Virus record (IMG/VR): IMGVR_UViG_3300045988_101578
Coordinates: 1 to 64,000 of that record
DNA: 64,000 nt
Reading direction: 5' to 3' (one strand)
Origin: a virus
The position numbers and the translations under genes were made by a program. A model generated the notes under the pieces. It saw only the letters and a list, made by a program, of their open reading frames with translations, was not told where the DNA came from and ran no database searches. Shown one piece after another: positions 30,145-39,089 of this stretch (within the stretch, counting starts at the first letter, position 1; each line of letters starts with the position of its first letter).

Positions 30145-30879
30145 ATGGCAATTATTATTATTTGTGTAATTGTAGTGATTATCGCATATTTACAATTTAC
30201 TAAAAATGGAAAGCAGATTAAAAATGTAGCATCTGGAACAGTTACAGAGAAAATCAAAGAAAATGCAATGACTCCAGAGGGAGCTAGAGCTAGATATAAT
30301 ACTGCAATTAAAGATAAGCAGGACTTCTACCAGAAAACAATGGGTACATACACAATGGTAGCTGGTCGATTAGCAACAATGGAAGATGACCTCAAAGAAA
30401 CAAAAGAAGAAATTTCTAAAACCGAGGCAATGATCAACCAGTATATTGATAACAATGATGATAAAAAAGCAATGTATTATGCTCAAAAATTAGCCACGTT
30501 AAAGGCACAGAAATCAGTGTACGAAAAGAAGATCCCAGAGTTGCAAGCAACAAAAGATAAGCAAGAAGAAATTAAAAACCAAGCATATGATCAGCTTATT
30601 AAACTAAAAGGCGAAAAAGACACTGTAGTTCTCCAGATGGAGGCAGATCAGCAGATTGCAGAATTGCAGAAAAATTTAGATCAATACAATAGTTCAAATG
30701 CTGCTCAGGAAGGTTTGGAAGAGGTTCGAGAAGGAGCAAAGAAACTTAGCGAACAAGCCAAAGGCGTTGCTATTGCGTATGAATCTAGTGCAGAAACATT
30801 GGATTATCATATGGAGCAAGAAGAGCGACAGCAAGAAGCTAAAGCCATATTAGATCAGATGAAAAATGCTCGCAAATAA
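30145..30879 (+). CDS. membrane-anchored coiled-coil protein, possible PspA/IM30-like partner of the flotillin
   Basis: N-terminal TM then long heptad coiled coil; weak resemblance only. Confidence 0.3.
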   Translation: MAIIIICVIVVIIAYLQFTKNGKQIKNVASGTVTEKIKENAMTPEGARARYNTAIKDKQDFYQKTMGTYTMVAGRLATMEDDLKETKEEISKTEAMINQYIDNNDDKKAMYYAQKLATLKAQKSVYEKKIPELQATKDKQEEIKNQAYDQLIKLKGEKDTVVLQMEADQQIAELQKNLDQYNSSNAAQEGLEEVREGAKKLSEQAKGVAIAYESSAETLDYHMEQEERQQEAKAILDQMKNARK

Positions 30880-31009
30880 CGGATAAATTCATCTACAAAA
30901 ATTAATTTCACAAACATAAAACTGGCATTTTATGACTCTATAAAACACAATATATAGTGATTATCCAATTACTGAACCACTATATATAGTTGTATAAAGT
31001 GCCAGTCAT

Positions 31010-31147
31010 GGAAACATAGCTCAGTTGGTAGAGCAGGCAATACATAAACATTCATTTTTCTACCTCCATATAAGTATTTTTATTTATTTACATTTAATTT
31101 TCATCACATATAAATTGCCGACACAGGTTCGATTCCTGTCGTGTCCA
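31010..31147 (+). tRNA. tRNA-like element split by a 72-nt AT-rich insertion (5-prime half with canonical D-arm; 3-prime half with anticodon-stem strand, T-arm and acceptor strand); acceptor stem pairs only 5 of 7
   Basis: ggaaacaTAGCTCAGTTGGTAGAGCAggcaat ... attgccgacACAGGTTCGATTCCTGTcgtgtcca. Confidence 0.35.
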
Positions 31148-31150
31148 CTA

Positions 31151-31185
31151 AAAAAGACCTCAACCTAAATGGTTAAAGTCTTTTT
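31151..31185. terminator. bidirectional terminator hairpin (aaaaagac...gtcttttt)
   Basis: A-run / stem / inner aacc-ggtt stem / T-run; sits between the tRNA-like element and the minus-strand HTH gene. Confidence 0.55.
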
Positions 31186-31187
31186 GG

Positions 31188-31391
31188 TTAATCGTTTGGT
31201 ATGACCTCGATAACATCTTCAACTTTGCAATCAAGATATAAGCAAATTTTGTCAATGTTTTCGAGACTGATATACTGATTCTTTGCCATCTTGGCAATTG
31301 TACCAGACCCCATATTTAAAGCGGTTCGTAAATCAGATTTTGTCATACCCTTTTTCGCTAAAGTTACGAAAAGCGGTTTATAACTTATCAT
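31188..31391 (-). CDS. XRE-family HTH DNA-binding protein (Cro/CI-like; HTH_26-type)
   Basis: MISYKPLFVTLAKKGMTKSDLRTALNMGSGTIAKMAKNQYISLENIDKICLYLDCKVEDVIEV; start at the internal ATG with RBS ggagg; the only convincing minus-strand gene. Confidence 0.7.
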   Translation of the reverse strand: MISYKPLFVTLAKKGMTKSDLRTALNMGSGTIAKMAKNQYISLENIDKICLYLDCKVEDVIEVIPND

Positions 31392-31412
31392 ATGATATAC
31401 CTCCACATCTAT

Positions 31413-31441
31413 ATTGTAACATATTATATACAGGATGTAAA
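31413..31441 (-). promoter_or_regulatory. candidate promoter for the HTH gene (tttaca, 17 nt, tacaat on the minus strand)
   Basis: consensus-like hexamers at correct spacing; leader would be very short. Confidence 0.35.
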
Positions 31442-31472
31442 ATAAAATATTCAAGAAGTTGAAGATTTTGTA

Positions 31473-31501
31473 TTGACACTATGTGCAAGAAGTGGTATAT
31501 T
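31473..31501 (+). promoter_or_regulatory. near-consensus sigma-A promoter: TTGACA, 17 nt, TGgTATATT (extended -10)
   Basis: ttgacactatgtgcaagaagtggtatatt; divergent from the HTH gene, drives 31558 onward. Confidence 0.6.
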
Positions 31502-31557
31502 ATATTCAACAAATGAAAGATAAACTTCAAGAAAATGAAATATGAAGGAGTGAGAAA

Positions 31558-31965
31558 ATGTCAAATAAAATTTACAGATATTATCAACCAAACGATAAAG
31601 ATACAAAAGACAATCATTCAGATTGCGTGATCAGAGCATTAACAAAAGTGCTTGATAAAGAATGGTTAACAACATTTGATGATTTGTTACCATACGCAAG
31701 GGATATGCAGTGTATGCCATCAGAGCGAAAATGTTACGAAGAATATTTATTCGATAATGGGTTTGCTTATCAAGGTATTAGCAACCGAAAAGGATCTAAA
31801 CGACCAACAGTTGAAAGTTTTGCAAAAGATCATAAACAAGGCAATTACTTGGTAAATGTTGCGAATCATGTAGTTGCAATTTCAGACGGTTGTTATTACG
31901 ACACATGGGATTCTGGAGATTGTTGCTTGTATGGATATTACTATAAGGAAGAAGGAGAGAAATAA
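31558..31965 (+). CDS. hypothetical protein
   Basis: RBS gaaggagtg. Confidence 0.5.
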   Translation: MSNKIYRYYQPNDKDTKDNHSDCVIRALTKVLDKEWLTTFDDLLPYARDMQCMPSERKCYEEYLFDNGFAYQGISNRKGSKRPTVESFAKDHKQGNYLVNVANHVVAISDGCYYDTWDSGDCCLYGYYYKEEGEK

Positions 31966-32253
31966 ATGAGAAAGAAAATTTTGGCAACGGTTCTAGGAAC
32001 AACGATTTGCTTAGGATCAATGACAGGATGTACCGCAGGATTCAAAAGAGGAGTTGTTGATATGAAAAGCAATTGGAATGGTGGTATGAATAGAGTCATT
32101 ACAGTATACACGGCAGACGGTAAGAAGATTGCTGAATATAAAGGAAAAATTGATATTGATACAAATGATGGTGGATATGTCAAGTTTGACTACAAAGGTA
32201 AGAGATATATTTATTATAACTGTTTTGTAGAGAGTATCGCAGATATTGATTAG
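31966..32253 (+). CDS. putative lipoprotein
   Basis: MRKKILATVLGTTICLGSMTGC signal with lipobox-like MTGC. Confidence 0.5.
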   Translation: MRKKILATVLGTTICLGSMTGCTAGFKRGVVDMKSNWNGGMNRVITVYTADGKKIAEYKGKIDIDTNDGGYVKFDYKGKRYIYYNCFVESIADID

Positions 32254-32268
32254 AGAGGAGAGAAACAA

Positions 32269-32661
32269 ATGAATTTAGAAGAAACTATCAAATGCGCAAA
32301 TGATATGACAACAAAGAAATACACAGAAGCCATGTTGTGTCATGCGAATCCAGACGATGAAGAACTTGATGGATTGATTGACTGTGCCTTAAATCATGAG
32401 CAACTTGCGAAGTGGCTGGGAGAATTGAAAGAGTTAAAAGAATATAAAGAAAAGTATAGATGGCATGACTTAAGAAAGAATCCTGATGATCTGCCAGAAG
32501 ATATTAAGTACGTTTGGGTTTTTATAAAAGGTGAATGCACTCATAGGTCATGGCACGATTCTCATGGATGGAGAAGGCGTAACAGTAACATTTTATACTA
32601 TAACGACGAAAGTGTTTTGGCGTGGAGAGAGATTGAAGAGTTTAAAAGTGAGGGGAAATAA
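32269..32661 (+). CDS. hypothetical protein
   Basis: ORF. Confidence 0.5.
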   Translation: MNLEETIKCANDMTTKKYTEAMLCHANPDDEELDGLIDCALNHEQLAKWLGELKELKEYKEKYRWHDLRKNPDDLPEDIKYVWVFIKGECTHRSWHDSHGWRRRNSNILYYNDESVLAWREIEEFKSEGK

Positions 32662-33174
32662 ATGAGTACAACAAAAACAATTGATATTTCAGTGCTGCCA
32701 GAGGCAGAACAGGATCTAATAAAAGCATTATTTGATAAATGTTGTGAAAGAGCGAAACCAAAAGAAAAAACTAATTCAGGGTCTAAAGTTTGGAAACCAA
32801 AATACGGTGAAAGATATCATTACATTGATGGTAGCGGATCTATTTATAGTGCAATATGGTTTAATAGCATTGTCGATAGCGGTAGATGGGTATTAGGCAA
32901 CGTATTTAAAACACAAGAAGAAGCAGTATTTGCAAGAAAGAAAAGAAAAGTAGAAGTTGAACTTGAGCGGTATGCAAAGGAACACAACGGCACAGAATTT
33001 GCCAATCGTTGTTATTGTATTCGATGTGAAGAAGATGGAAAAAGACTTCTTTGCGATACATGGGCTACAACAAAAATACAGGGTACAGTTATGTTTACAT
33101 CAAAAGATGTTTTAGTTGATGCAATTGAAGCAATCGGAAGAGACAGAATCATTAAATACATCTTTGATGCGTAA
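32662..33174 (+). CDS. hypothetical protein
   Basis: ORF. Confidence 0.5.
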   Translation: MSTTKTIDISVLPEAEQDLIKALFDKCCERAKPKEKTNSGSKVWKPKYGERYHYIDGSGSIYSAIWFNSIVDSGRWVLGNVFKTQEEAVFARKKRKVEVELERYAKEHNGTEFANRCYCIRCEEDGKRLLCDTWATTKIQGTVMFTSKDVLVDAIEAIGRDRIIKYIFDA

Positions 33175-33191
33175 AGTGAGGGAAATGAGTA

Positions 33192-33515
33192 ATGAGTACA
33201 TATAAAATCGGAGAAATATTAGTATCAAAAAGAGAAACAGAAGTTGAAACAATTTTTGGACGAAAAGAGGTAATCCCTAAAGGAAACAAAATTATTATTA
33301 CAGCTCATAGGCTTGGGCATCATATCAGGAATGGCATGAAACAACCTTTACAAAAAGAAGATGTTGTAGAAGGCTATGACACAGAAGGACTTGCGGAGTA
33401 TTTGTTTACATGTATGAAAAGTCATCTTCCGATGGATGATATGATGTGTGATTATGATTTAACACAAACAGATGTTCAAGAAGTTATTGAAGAAGCATTG
33501 GATGAGATTTTTTAG
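33192..33515 (+). CDS. hypothetical protein
   Basis: ORF. Confidence 0.5.
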   Translation: MSTYKIGEILVSKRETEVETIFGRKEVIPKGNKIIITAHRLGHHIRNGMKQPLQKEDVVEGYDTEGLAEYLFTCMKSHLPMDDMMCDYDLTQTDVQEVIEEALDEIF

Positions 33516-33531
33516 AAGAGGAGGATGAATA

Positions 33532-33996
33532 GTGCTGATAACAATACTTGTAATTACTATAATTGCTTCAATAACCTATTATCATCATGCTAAAAACAAG
33601 GATTACTCCTCTGGTGATCTTGATATTCTTAGTGTTGTATTAATTCTGATTAACTTTGCCATTATCGTACTTTTATGTTCACTACTGAGTAATCTATATG
33701 AAAATCAAGGTGTCAATCAGAAAATCAAAATGTATGAAACACAAAATCGGCAGCTTGAGAGAAAGATTGATGTGACTGTTAAGAGTTACATGAATCATGA
33801 AAAGGATACATACAAAGAATTTAAAGCTGGTGATGGAATGGCATTGATCACAACATATCCTGAATTAAGAAGCAATGAACTTGTTAAAAAACAGATGGAT
33901 ACATACCAAAGCAATAATCGTAAGATTGCAAAATTAAAAGAAAAAGAAATTGATTGCAATGTTACCAAGTGGTGGATTTATTTTGGAGGAGAATAA
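33532..33996 (+). CDS. membrane protein (2 TM) with a coiled-coil tail
   Basis: hydrophobic N-terminal 50 aa. Confidence 0.5.
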   Translation: MLITILVITIIASITYYHHAKNKDYSSGDLDILSVVLILINFAIIVLLCSLLSNLYENQGVNQKIKMYETQNRQLERKIDVTVKSYMNHEKDTYKEFKAGDGMALITTYPELRSNELVKKQMDTYQSNNRKIAKLKEKEIDCNVTKWWIYFGGE

Positions 33997-33998
33997 TT

Positions 33999-34175
33999 AT
34001 GAAAGTTTTATATCATGCAAAACCATATAAAGTGTATGGAGTTTGCACAGACAAATGTGATTCTAGCAGTTGTGGAGACACTTATACAGCCTTTTTGATT
34101 TATCTTGATGAAGCATTTAGATGGTCATGGGTTAATGTTCGTGATTGTACGCCATATAAGAAGAAAAAAACATAA
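33999..34175 (+). CDS. small Cys-rich protein (start at ATG 33999 after RBS ggagga)
   Basis: track ORF 33954..34175. Confidence 0.4.
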   Translation: MKVLYHAKPYKVYGVCTDKCDSSSCGDTYTAFLIYLDEAFRWSWVNVRDCTPYKKKKT

Positions 34176-34294
34176 GAAGAAAGGGTGTAAACAATATTAG
34201 ATACGCACTTAGAGATGTTTCGCTATTTGCACTTAGTGACGATACAACTGATGAAGAAAAAATAATATTTACAATTCAAGGGAGCAAGGCTGAT

Positions 34295-34615
34295 ATGAAT
34301 TACAATCTAACATTCCCTGTCGTAGTTCTGAAAGATGAAAATGACTCAGTTCCATATATGGCATATATCCCATATTTTGATGTAATAACGCAGGGATATG
34401 ATGAAGAAGAATTGCAGATGATGATCAAAGATTTGTTAAATCTCTGCTTAGAAGATAAGGAATCTTACACAATTCCTGCATGGGCATATAGTTATTTCAA
34501 TGAAGACGATGTTAAGGAACGAGGCAGAAAATATTTTAAAGAACTTGATGACGGAGACGATACATATTTTCAAAAGAATTTTTACACAGTATGGTGGTTC
34601 GATTTTAGGAGATAG
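34295..34615 (+). CDS. hypothetical protein
   Basis: ORF. Confidence 0.45.
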   Translation: MNYNLTFPVVVLKDENDSVPYMAYIPYFDVITQGYDEEELQMMIKDLLNLCLEDKESYTIPAWAYSYFNEDDVKERGRKYFKELDDGDDTYFQKNFYTVWWFDFRR

Positions 34616-34642
34616 TAGTAGATAGAAAAGGAGAAAGATAAA

Positions 34643-34825
34643 ATGGACGTTTTGTTTTACATAATTTGGGTATTGGCGTTTATGGTGATCATAGCAATTG
34701 GAATTGGAGTACCATATATGACATATTACAACTACAAAAGAATCAAGGCAATGGACAAGAAACTTACAGGAATGTGTACAGGTCTTGGGATTATGCTAAG
34801 ACCAGAAGAGGGTGATGAAGAATGA
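34643..34825 (+). CDS. small membrane protein
   Basis: RBS aaaggag; one TM. Confidence 0.45.
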   Translation: MDVLFYIIWVLAFMVIIAIGIGVPYMTYYNYKRIKAMDKKLTGMCTGLGIMLRPEEGDEE

Positions 34826-35130
34826 AAGATATGAGAAATAATCCCATTGAAAATGGAAATCTGTGTTTTAGATCAAGAATAGTAAATGGAGAAACATTGA
34901 TGGGATATGCATTAGTTATCTCAAACAAGTTGTTTTGGAAAGACGGATGGAATAACTATATTTCTAGTCACGACAAACTTAATTCTAAGCAATTAATTGT
35001 AATCGAACACTTAAATGATGACGAAAAGAAAATGAGAAAAGAGTGGTTAGAGTTTATGGCAACAACAAAATCAAAAAAAGTTAAAGACGAAGATCGAGTA
35101 ATTGTGAAAGACTTATTGAGTGAAATATGA
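34822..35130 (+). CDS. hypothetical protein
   Basis: overlapping start ATGA. Confidence 0.45.
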   Translation: MKDMRNNPIENGNLCFRSRIVNGETLMGYALVISNKLFWKDGWNNYISSHDKLNSKQLIVIEHLNDDEKKMRKEWLEFMATTKSKKVKDEDRVIVKDLLSEI

Positions 35131-35348
35131 GGTGCAAGGTATTAAATGAGAAGATTAATTTGGTATATCAGGTCTTGTTTCTGTAAACATGATTGGGAAC
35201 AGATATTTGAGTCTGTAATATATTATGGCGACAGATCTACAAAACCTTATAGATGTGAGAAGGTTTATCGCTGCAAGAAATGTGGCTGTGAGAAAAGATA
35301 TGTAATAGAGTAAAATCTGAGTTTTATGTAAAGAGAGGATGATGAGAA

Positions 35349-35933
35349 ATGAGTTGGTGGACATATGTAAAGGGATTTGTTGAAGTTAGACCATTTGGAA
35401 GAACACAAGCAGAGGAAAGATACATACTTGAAACTGCATTGAATCATTTGCCTAGAGTAACAGGGTCTGAAAGCGATATGAATATACATATAGTTCAAAA
35501 AGCAGGATATGATATGAGCGATTCATGTAATGAATTTGAACAACGAACTCATTTGGGAAATGGTAGAAGAGGAAATTTCGAAACACAGGGAACATATTAT
35601 TTGTTAGTCGAAGGCAGTTTGCGAGACAGAGAATTTCAAGAAACATATAGAGAATTACAAAAATGGCTATGTCGGCTTGCTAAAAGAGTTAGTGTCCAAG
35701 ATGTAATGATTGAGGTCAAAGCATGGAACAGAAATAAACTTATTAGAAATGATAAAGGACTTTATACTCAAATGCTCGAAGATGTTAGTTGGATAAACAA
35801 GAATAGCATTAATTGGTGCGAATATCTAATGTGGAAACCTTATGGAACACATAGAATGGTTGGTTATCCTGAGAAGCTTGTAGAAAAATATTATTCAGAG
35901 ATATACAAGAAAGAAAAGGAGTATGAGGAATGA
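35349..35933 (+). CDS. hypothetical protein
   Basis: RBS agaggatg. Confidence 0.5.
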   Translation: MSWWTYVKGFVEVRPFGRTQAEERYILETALNHLPRVTGSESDMNIHIVQKAGYDMSDSCNEFEQRTHLGNGRRGNFETQGTYYLLVEGSLRDREFQETYRELQKWLCRLAKRVSVQDVMIEVKAWNRNKLIRNDKGLYTQMLEDVSWINKNSINWCEYLMWKPYGTHRMVGYPEKLVEKYYSEIYKKEKEYEE

Positions 35934-36268
35934 TAAATATAGTTGCGATTATATTGGGAACGATTGTTGGTAACATTATTGGTAACGAAATATTTGATAG
36001 TTTGTATCGAAAAGATAAACGTGTTAGTGATTTTCACAAGGATAATGATGTATCACTGCGTACTCGGACAGAAAATGATATGAAGCAATTAGATATGATG
36101 TTTGATGATCAGGTTATTAGGATATTAAGAGATATTCAAAACCATTGGTTACCTGAAAGACCAATAATATACGAAGATGATCGTATGTATACAGAGTCAC
36201 AATACCAGGCAGAAAAGATGCATCAGGCTATTGACGATGCCGTTACTGTGTTATTAGAAAAAATGTAA
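35930..36268 (+). CDS. hypothetical protein with N-terminal TM
   Basis: overlapping start. Confidence 0.45.
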   Translation: MINIVAIILGTIVGNIIGNEIFDSLYRKDKRVSDFHKDNDVSLRTRTENDMKQLDMMFDDQVIRILRDIQNHWLPERPIIYEDDRMYTESQYQAEKMHQAIDDAVTVLLEKM

Positions 36269-36274
36269 AGCGAG

Positions 36275-36595
36275 GTGATTAATATGGGAGCCAATATTGA
36301 GTTTGCCATTGGCTATGCAATCGGTTTTTGTATCGTTGGAGTGATTGTATTTCTAAGATACGAAAGAAAGATGGATCGACTGAGGAAGACAAATGTAAAT
36401 CTGATCTTGGATAAGATGTCGTTTATGTCAGATGCCAACGACAAAGAAAGTGGTACATATAATAAGGAAGAAACTCGTTCAGATGTTAAGGACGCAGTGA
36501 AGTATGCAATGAAGAAAAGTCATCCAGATAATGGTGGTAGTGCAGATGATTTTAGAAAATTTAGAGAGCTTTATGAAGAAATGGAAGGTAAGTAA
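36275..36595 (+). CDS. membrane protein with a C-terminal J-domain-like segment (HPD motif)
   Basis: AMKKSHPDNGGSADDFRKFRELYEEM resembles the DnaJ J-domain helix II-III. Confidence 0.35.
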   Translation: MINMGANIEFAIGYAIGFCIVGVIVFLRYERKMDRLRKTNVNLILDKMSFMSDANDKESGTYNKEETRSDVKDAVKYAMKKSHPDNGGSADDFRKFRELYEEMEGK

Positions 36596-36877
36596 ATGCT
36601 AAAGGTCGGAGATAGAGTTTATATTTATAGAATGAAGCCAGCGGCTAAAGGAGGTTTGGTTAGAAATAACGACAAAGGTACAATTACTCGCATCGGAACA
36701 GATGAGATTGGTCGCAGATATGGGTATAGATATATGACCGTTAAATTTGACAAACCAGTAAATACCTCTAATCGTGATATTTACTCTTTAGAATTTTTTG
36801 AAAACAAGGATGATCGTAAGATAGGTAGAATACGAGATATTGGATTCTTACTATATGGTAGAAAATGTGAGGAATAA
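36596..36877 (+). CDS. hypothetical protein
   Basis: ORF, tightly coupled to neighbours. Confidence 0.45.
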   Translation: MLKVGDRVYIYRMKPAAKGGLVRNNDKGTITRIGTDEIGRRYGYRYMTVKFDKPVNTSNRDIYSLEFFENKDDRKIGRIRDIGFLLYGRKCEE

Positions 36878-36882
36878 GACTC

Positions 36883-37071
36883 ATGAGTAAACAAGACTCA
36901 TTAAAGTTTCTGAAAAGTCTGATTGATGAAATTAGAAACGGTTTAACAAAAGAAGATATTGAGCGAGGTCAGAAATTGATGGAGAAAATAAAAAAAGAAG
37001 AACTAAAAGAAGTTGAAAATAGTGATGGGTATTGGGAATTTATAATGCCAGATGGTAAAGGAGTGAAGTAG
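36883..37071 (+). CDS. small hypothetical protein immediately upstream of the nuclease gene (stop 2 nt before its ATG)
   Basis: ORF. Confidence 0.4.
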   Translation: MSKQDSLKFLKSLIDEIRNGLTKEDIERGQKLMEKIKKEELKEVENSDGYWEFIMPDGKGVK

Positions 37072-37073
37072 AT

Positions 37074-38705
37074 ATGGCTAAGAAACAAGACGATAACACA
37101 ATGACAATTGCAAGGAAAATCACGTTAATTCCTGTTGCAAGCGAGCGAAAAGAGTGGAAGAAAAGAATTGATGCTTTCTTAGAAAAAGATTTTCCAAGGA
37201 AAATTGAAGCAAAGAAGAAACAGATTAAGAACACAAGTAAACCAGAAAAGAAAGATGGGTATAAACAGCAGCTTGCAGAATTAGAAAAGCAATATGAAGA
37301 GTTCAAAGAAAATGAAATGAAAGAATACACTCAGAAAATGGTTAATGATTATACATATGGTCTTGTGAGAGATGCGATGGAAAGTGAAGCAAGGCGAAAG
37401 AATTACATTATGTCATACATATATACAAAAATGGTACAGGACGAAGTAGCGAATTTACCGACTCTTACAGAAAAGAATAAATGGGTGAGTGCCAATGTTA
37501 ACAAATGTTATCGTAAAGCGGGTAATAAAAATGGAAGTATTTTTACAGACGTTGATATTAGTAATCCGTTGATGGGATACGGTTTTGAGTTTAAACAAGC
37601 GCTTACAAGCAAAATTAAGAATTTAATTAAAGATGGAGTATTGAAAGGAAAAGTTTCTGTCCCAAATTATAAATTCGATTCTCCTTTTACTTTAAGTAAT
37701 AAGAGTTTTGGTATTTTTACAGATTGCAAAGATATAACAGAATTAAAAAAGAATATTGGTAAGCCTACATACCCAGTGTATGTGTGCTTGGGCGGTAATG
37801 GTCTTCCAACAATTGCTAAATTCAAGATTAATTTTGGACATAAACAAAACAAGAATAAGGCAGAATTAATTTCAACAATTATTAAGATTTTCACAGGGGA
37901 GTATTCAGTTGGCGGAAGTACATTTGGTATTGATAATAATAAAATAGAAATGAACTTAAGCATAACAATGAAAAAACAAAAAATGGATTTAGATGAAAAT
38001 ACTGTTGTTGGAGTTGACTTGGGACTTGCTGTTCCTGCTGTGTGTGCTTTAAATAATAACGAATATGATAAACAATATATTGGAAGTGGGAATGATCTTG
38101 TTTCAAAAAGAACAAAATTTCAAAATGAATATACGCAGTTACAAAAAGCTTTAAAATTAGCAAAAGGTGGACATGGAAGAAAAAGAAAATTATTAGCTTT
38201 AGAAAGGCTAAAAGAAAAAGAAAACAATTTTGTTGATACATATTGTCATCGAGTTAGTAAAAAAGTTGTTGATTATGCAATCAAACATAGAGCAAAATAT
38301 ATCAACATAGAAAATTTAAAAGGGTATGATTCAAGTGAATTTGTTTTAAGAAATTGGAGCTTTTATAAACTACAGCAATATATTACATATAAAGCAGAAC
38401 AATGTGGGATCATAGTTAGAAAAATCAATCCATCATTTACATCTCAAGTGTGTAGTTTTTGTGGGCACTGGGAGAAAGGACAAAGAAAAGATCAGGCAAC
38501 ATTTAAATGTAAGAACCCTAATTGTAAAAGTCACAAGCTATATACTGTAAATGCAGATTACAATGCGGCTAGAAACATCGCAATGTCAACACAATTTACA
38601 GACGATAAATTTAAATGTTCAGAAGAAACGATTCAAGCTGCGGCAGATTATTATGGAATTGTATTAGAAGATGATAAAAATAATGATAATAAAAAAACTG
38701 CTTAA
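37074..38705 (+). CDS. cas12f: Cas12f (Cas14)/TnpB-family RNA-guided nuclease, 543 aa; RuvC split by a CxxC...CxxC zinc finger; catalytic D/E/D intact
   Basis: RuvC-I VVGVDLGLAVPAVCALNN; GGHGRKRK linker; RuvC-II KYINIENLKG; Zn finger CSFCGH...CKNPNCKSH; RuvC-III NADYNAARNIA; RBS gaaggagtgaag; followed by tracr-like RNAs and repeat-spacer arrays. Confidence 0.8.
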   Translation: MAKKQDDNTMTIARKITLIPVASERKEWKKRIDAFLEKDFPRKIEAKKKQIKNTSKPEKKDGYKQQLAELEKQYEEFKENEMKEYTQKMVNDYTYGLVRDAMESEARRKNYIMSYIYTKMVQDEVANLPTLTEKNKWVSANVNKCYRKAGNKNGSIFTDVDISNPLMGYGFEFKQALTSKIKNLIKDGVLKGKVSVPNYKFDSPFTLSNKSFGIFTDCKDITELKKNIGKPTYPVYVCLGGNGLPTIAKFKINFGHKQNKNKAELISTIIKIFTGEYSVGGSTFGIDNNKIEMNLSITMKKQKMDLDENTVVGVDLGLAVPAVCALNNNEYDKQYIGSGNDLVSKRTKFQNEYTQLQKALKLAKGGHGRKRKLLALERLKEKENNFVDTYCHRVSKKVVDYAIKHRAKYINIENLKGYDSSEFVLRNWSFYKLQQYITYKAEQCGIIVRKINPSFTSQVCSFCGHWEKGQRKDQATFKCKNPNCKSHKLYTVNADYNAARNIAMSTQFTDDKFKCSEETIQAAADYYGIVLEDDKNNDNKKTA

Positions 38706-38852
38706 ATATTTGGTGTGTTTTGGAGGGAGTTCGGTACTCCCTCAGCCATAAATAAAATGGTTACGCCAAAAGTGAGGAGAAATCACTCACTAAAATTTGT
38801 GTAATGAAGCAGAACGTAAAGTTTTGTATTGTATACATAATTAAGATTTGAG
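38706..38852 (+). ncRNA. tracrRNA-like scaffold 1 (conserved blocks tggtgtgttttgg / acgccaaaagtgag / actcactaaaat, then an anti-repeat atttgtgtaat and gttttgtatt complementary to repeat family 1)
   Basis: hairpin gagggagt/actccctc; stem agtgag/ctcact; anti-repeat complementary to attacacaaat of the downstream repeat. Confidence 0.6.
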
Positions 38853-38954
38853 GTTTGAGAACCATAAAAAATTACACAAATACAAAACGATCTTGGCTCG
38901 CTGATCCAGTGCATGGGTGTTTGAGAACCATAAAAAATTACACAAATAAAATAC
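38853..38954 (+). CRISPR. mini CRISPR array 1: 36-nt repeat gtttgagaaccataaaaaattacacaaatacaaaac, 30-nt spacer gatcttggctcgctgatccagtgcatgggt, second repeat 34/36 identical
   Basis: repeat-spacer-repeat read directly. Confidence 0.7.
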
Positions 38955-39089
38955 ATGGCATGTTTTGGGAAATTTTATTCCAATTAAAATTTCTGGTCAC
39001 AGAGTTGTGGCTATGCCAAAAGTGAGATCGTAAGGTACTCACTAAAATCTATGTAAATTAGGTAACAAAATTGGACAAAAGAATTTGAG
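38955..39089 (+). ncRNA. tracrRNA-like scaffold 2 (catgttttggg ... tatgccaaaagtgag ... actcactaaaat then anti-repeat ctatgtaaattaggtaacaaa)
   Basis: hairpin gaaatttta/taaaatttc; stem agtgag/ctcact with a different loop; anti-repeat complementary to repeat family 2. Confidence 0.6.

Noticed and set aside
31042-31113. 72-nt insertion in the tRNA-like element as a group I intron
   Set aside because: It is far too short for a group I or II intron and has no recognisable P/Q/R/S elements. It is kept only as a split or pseudo tRNA observation.
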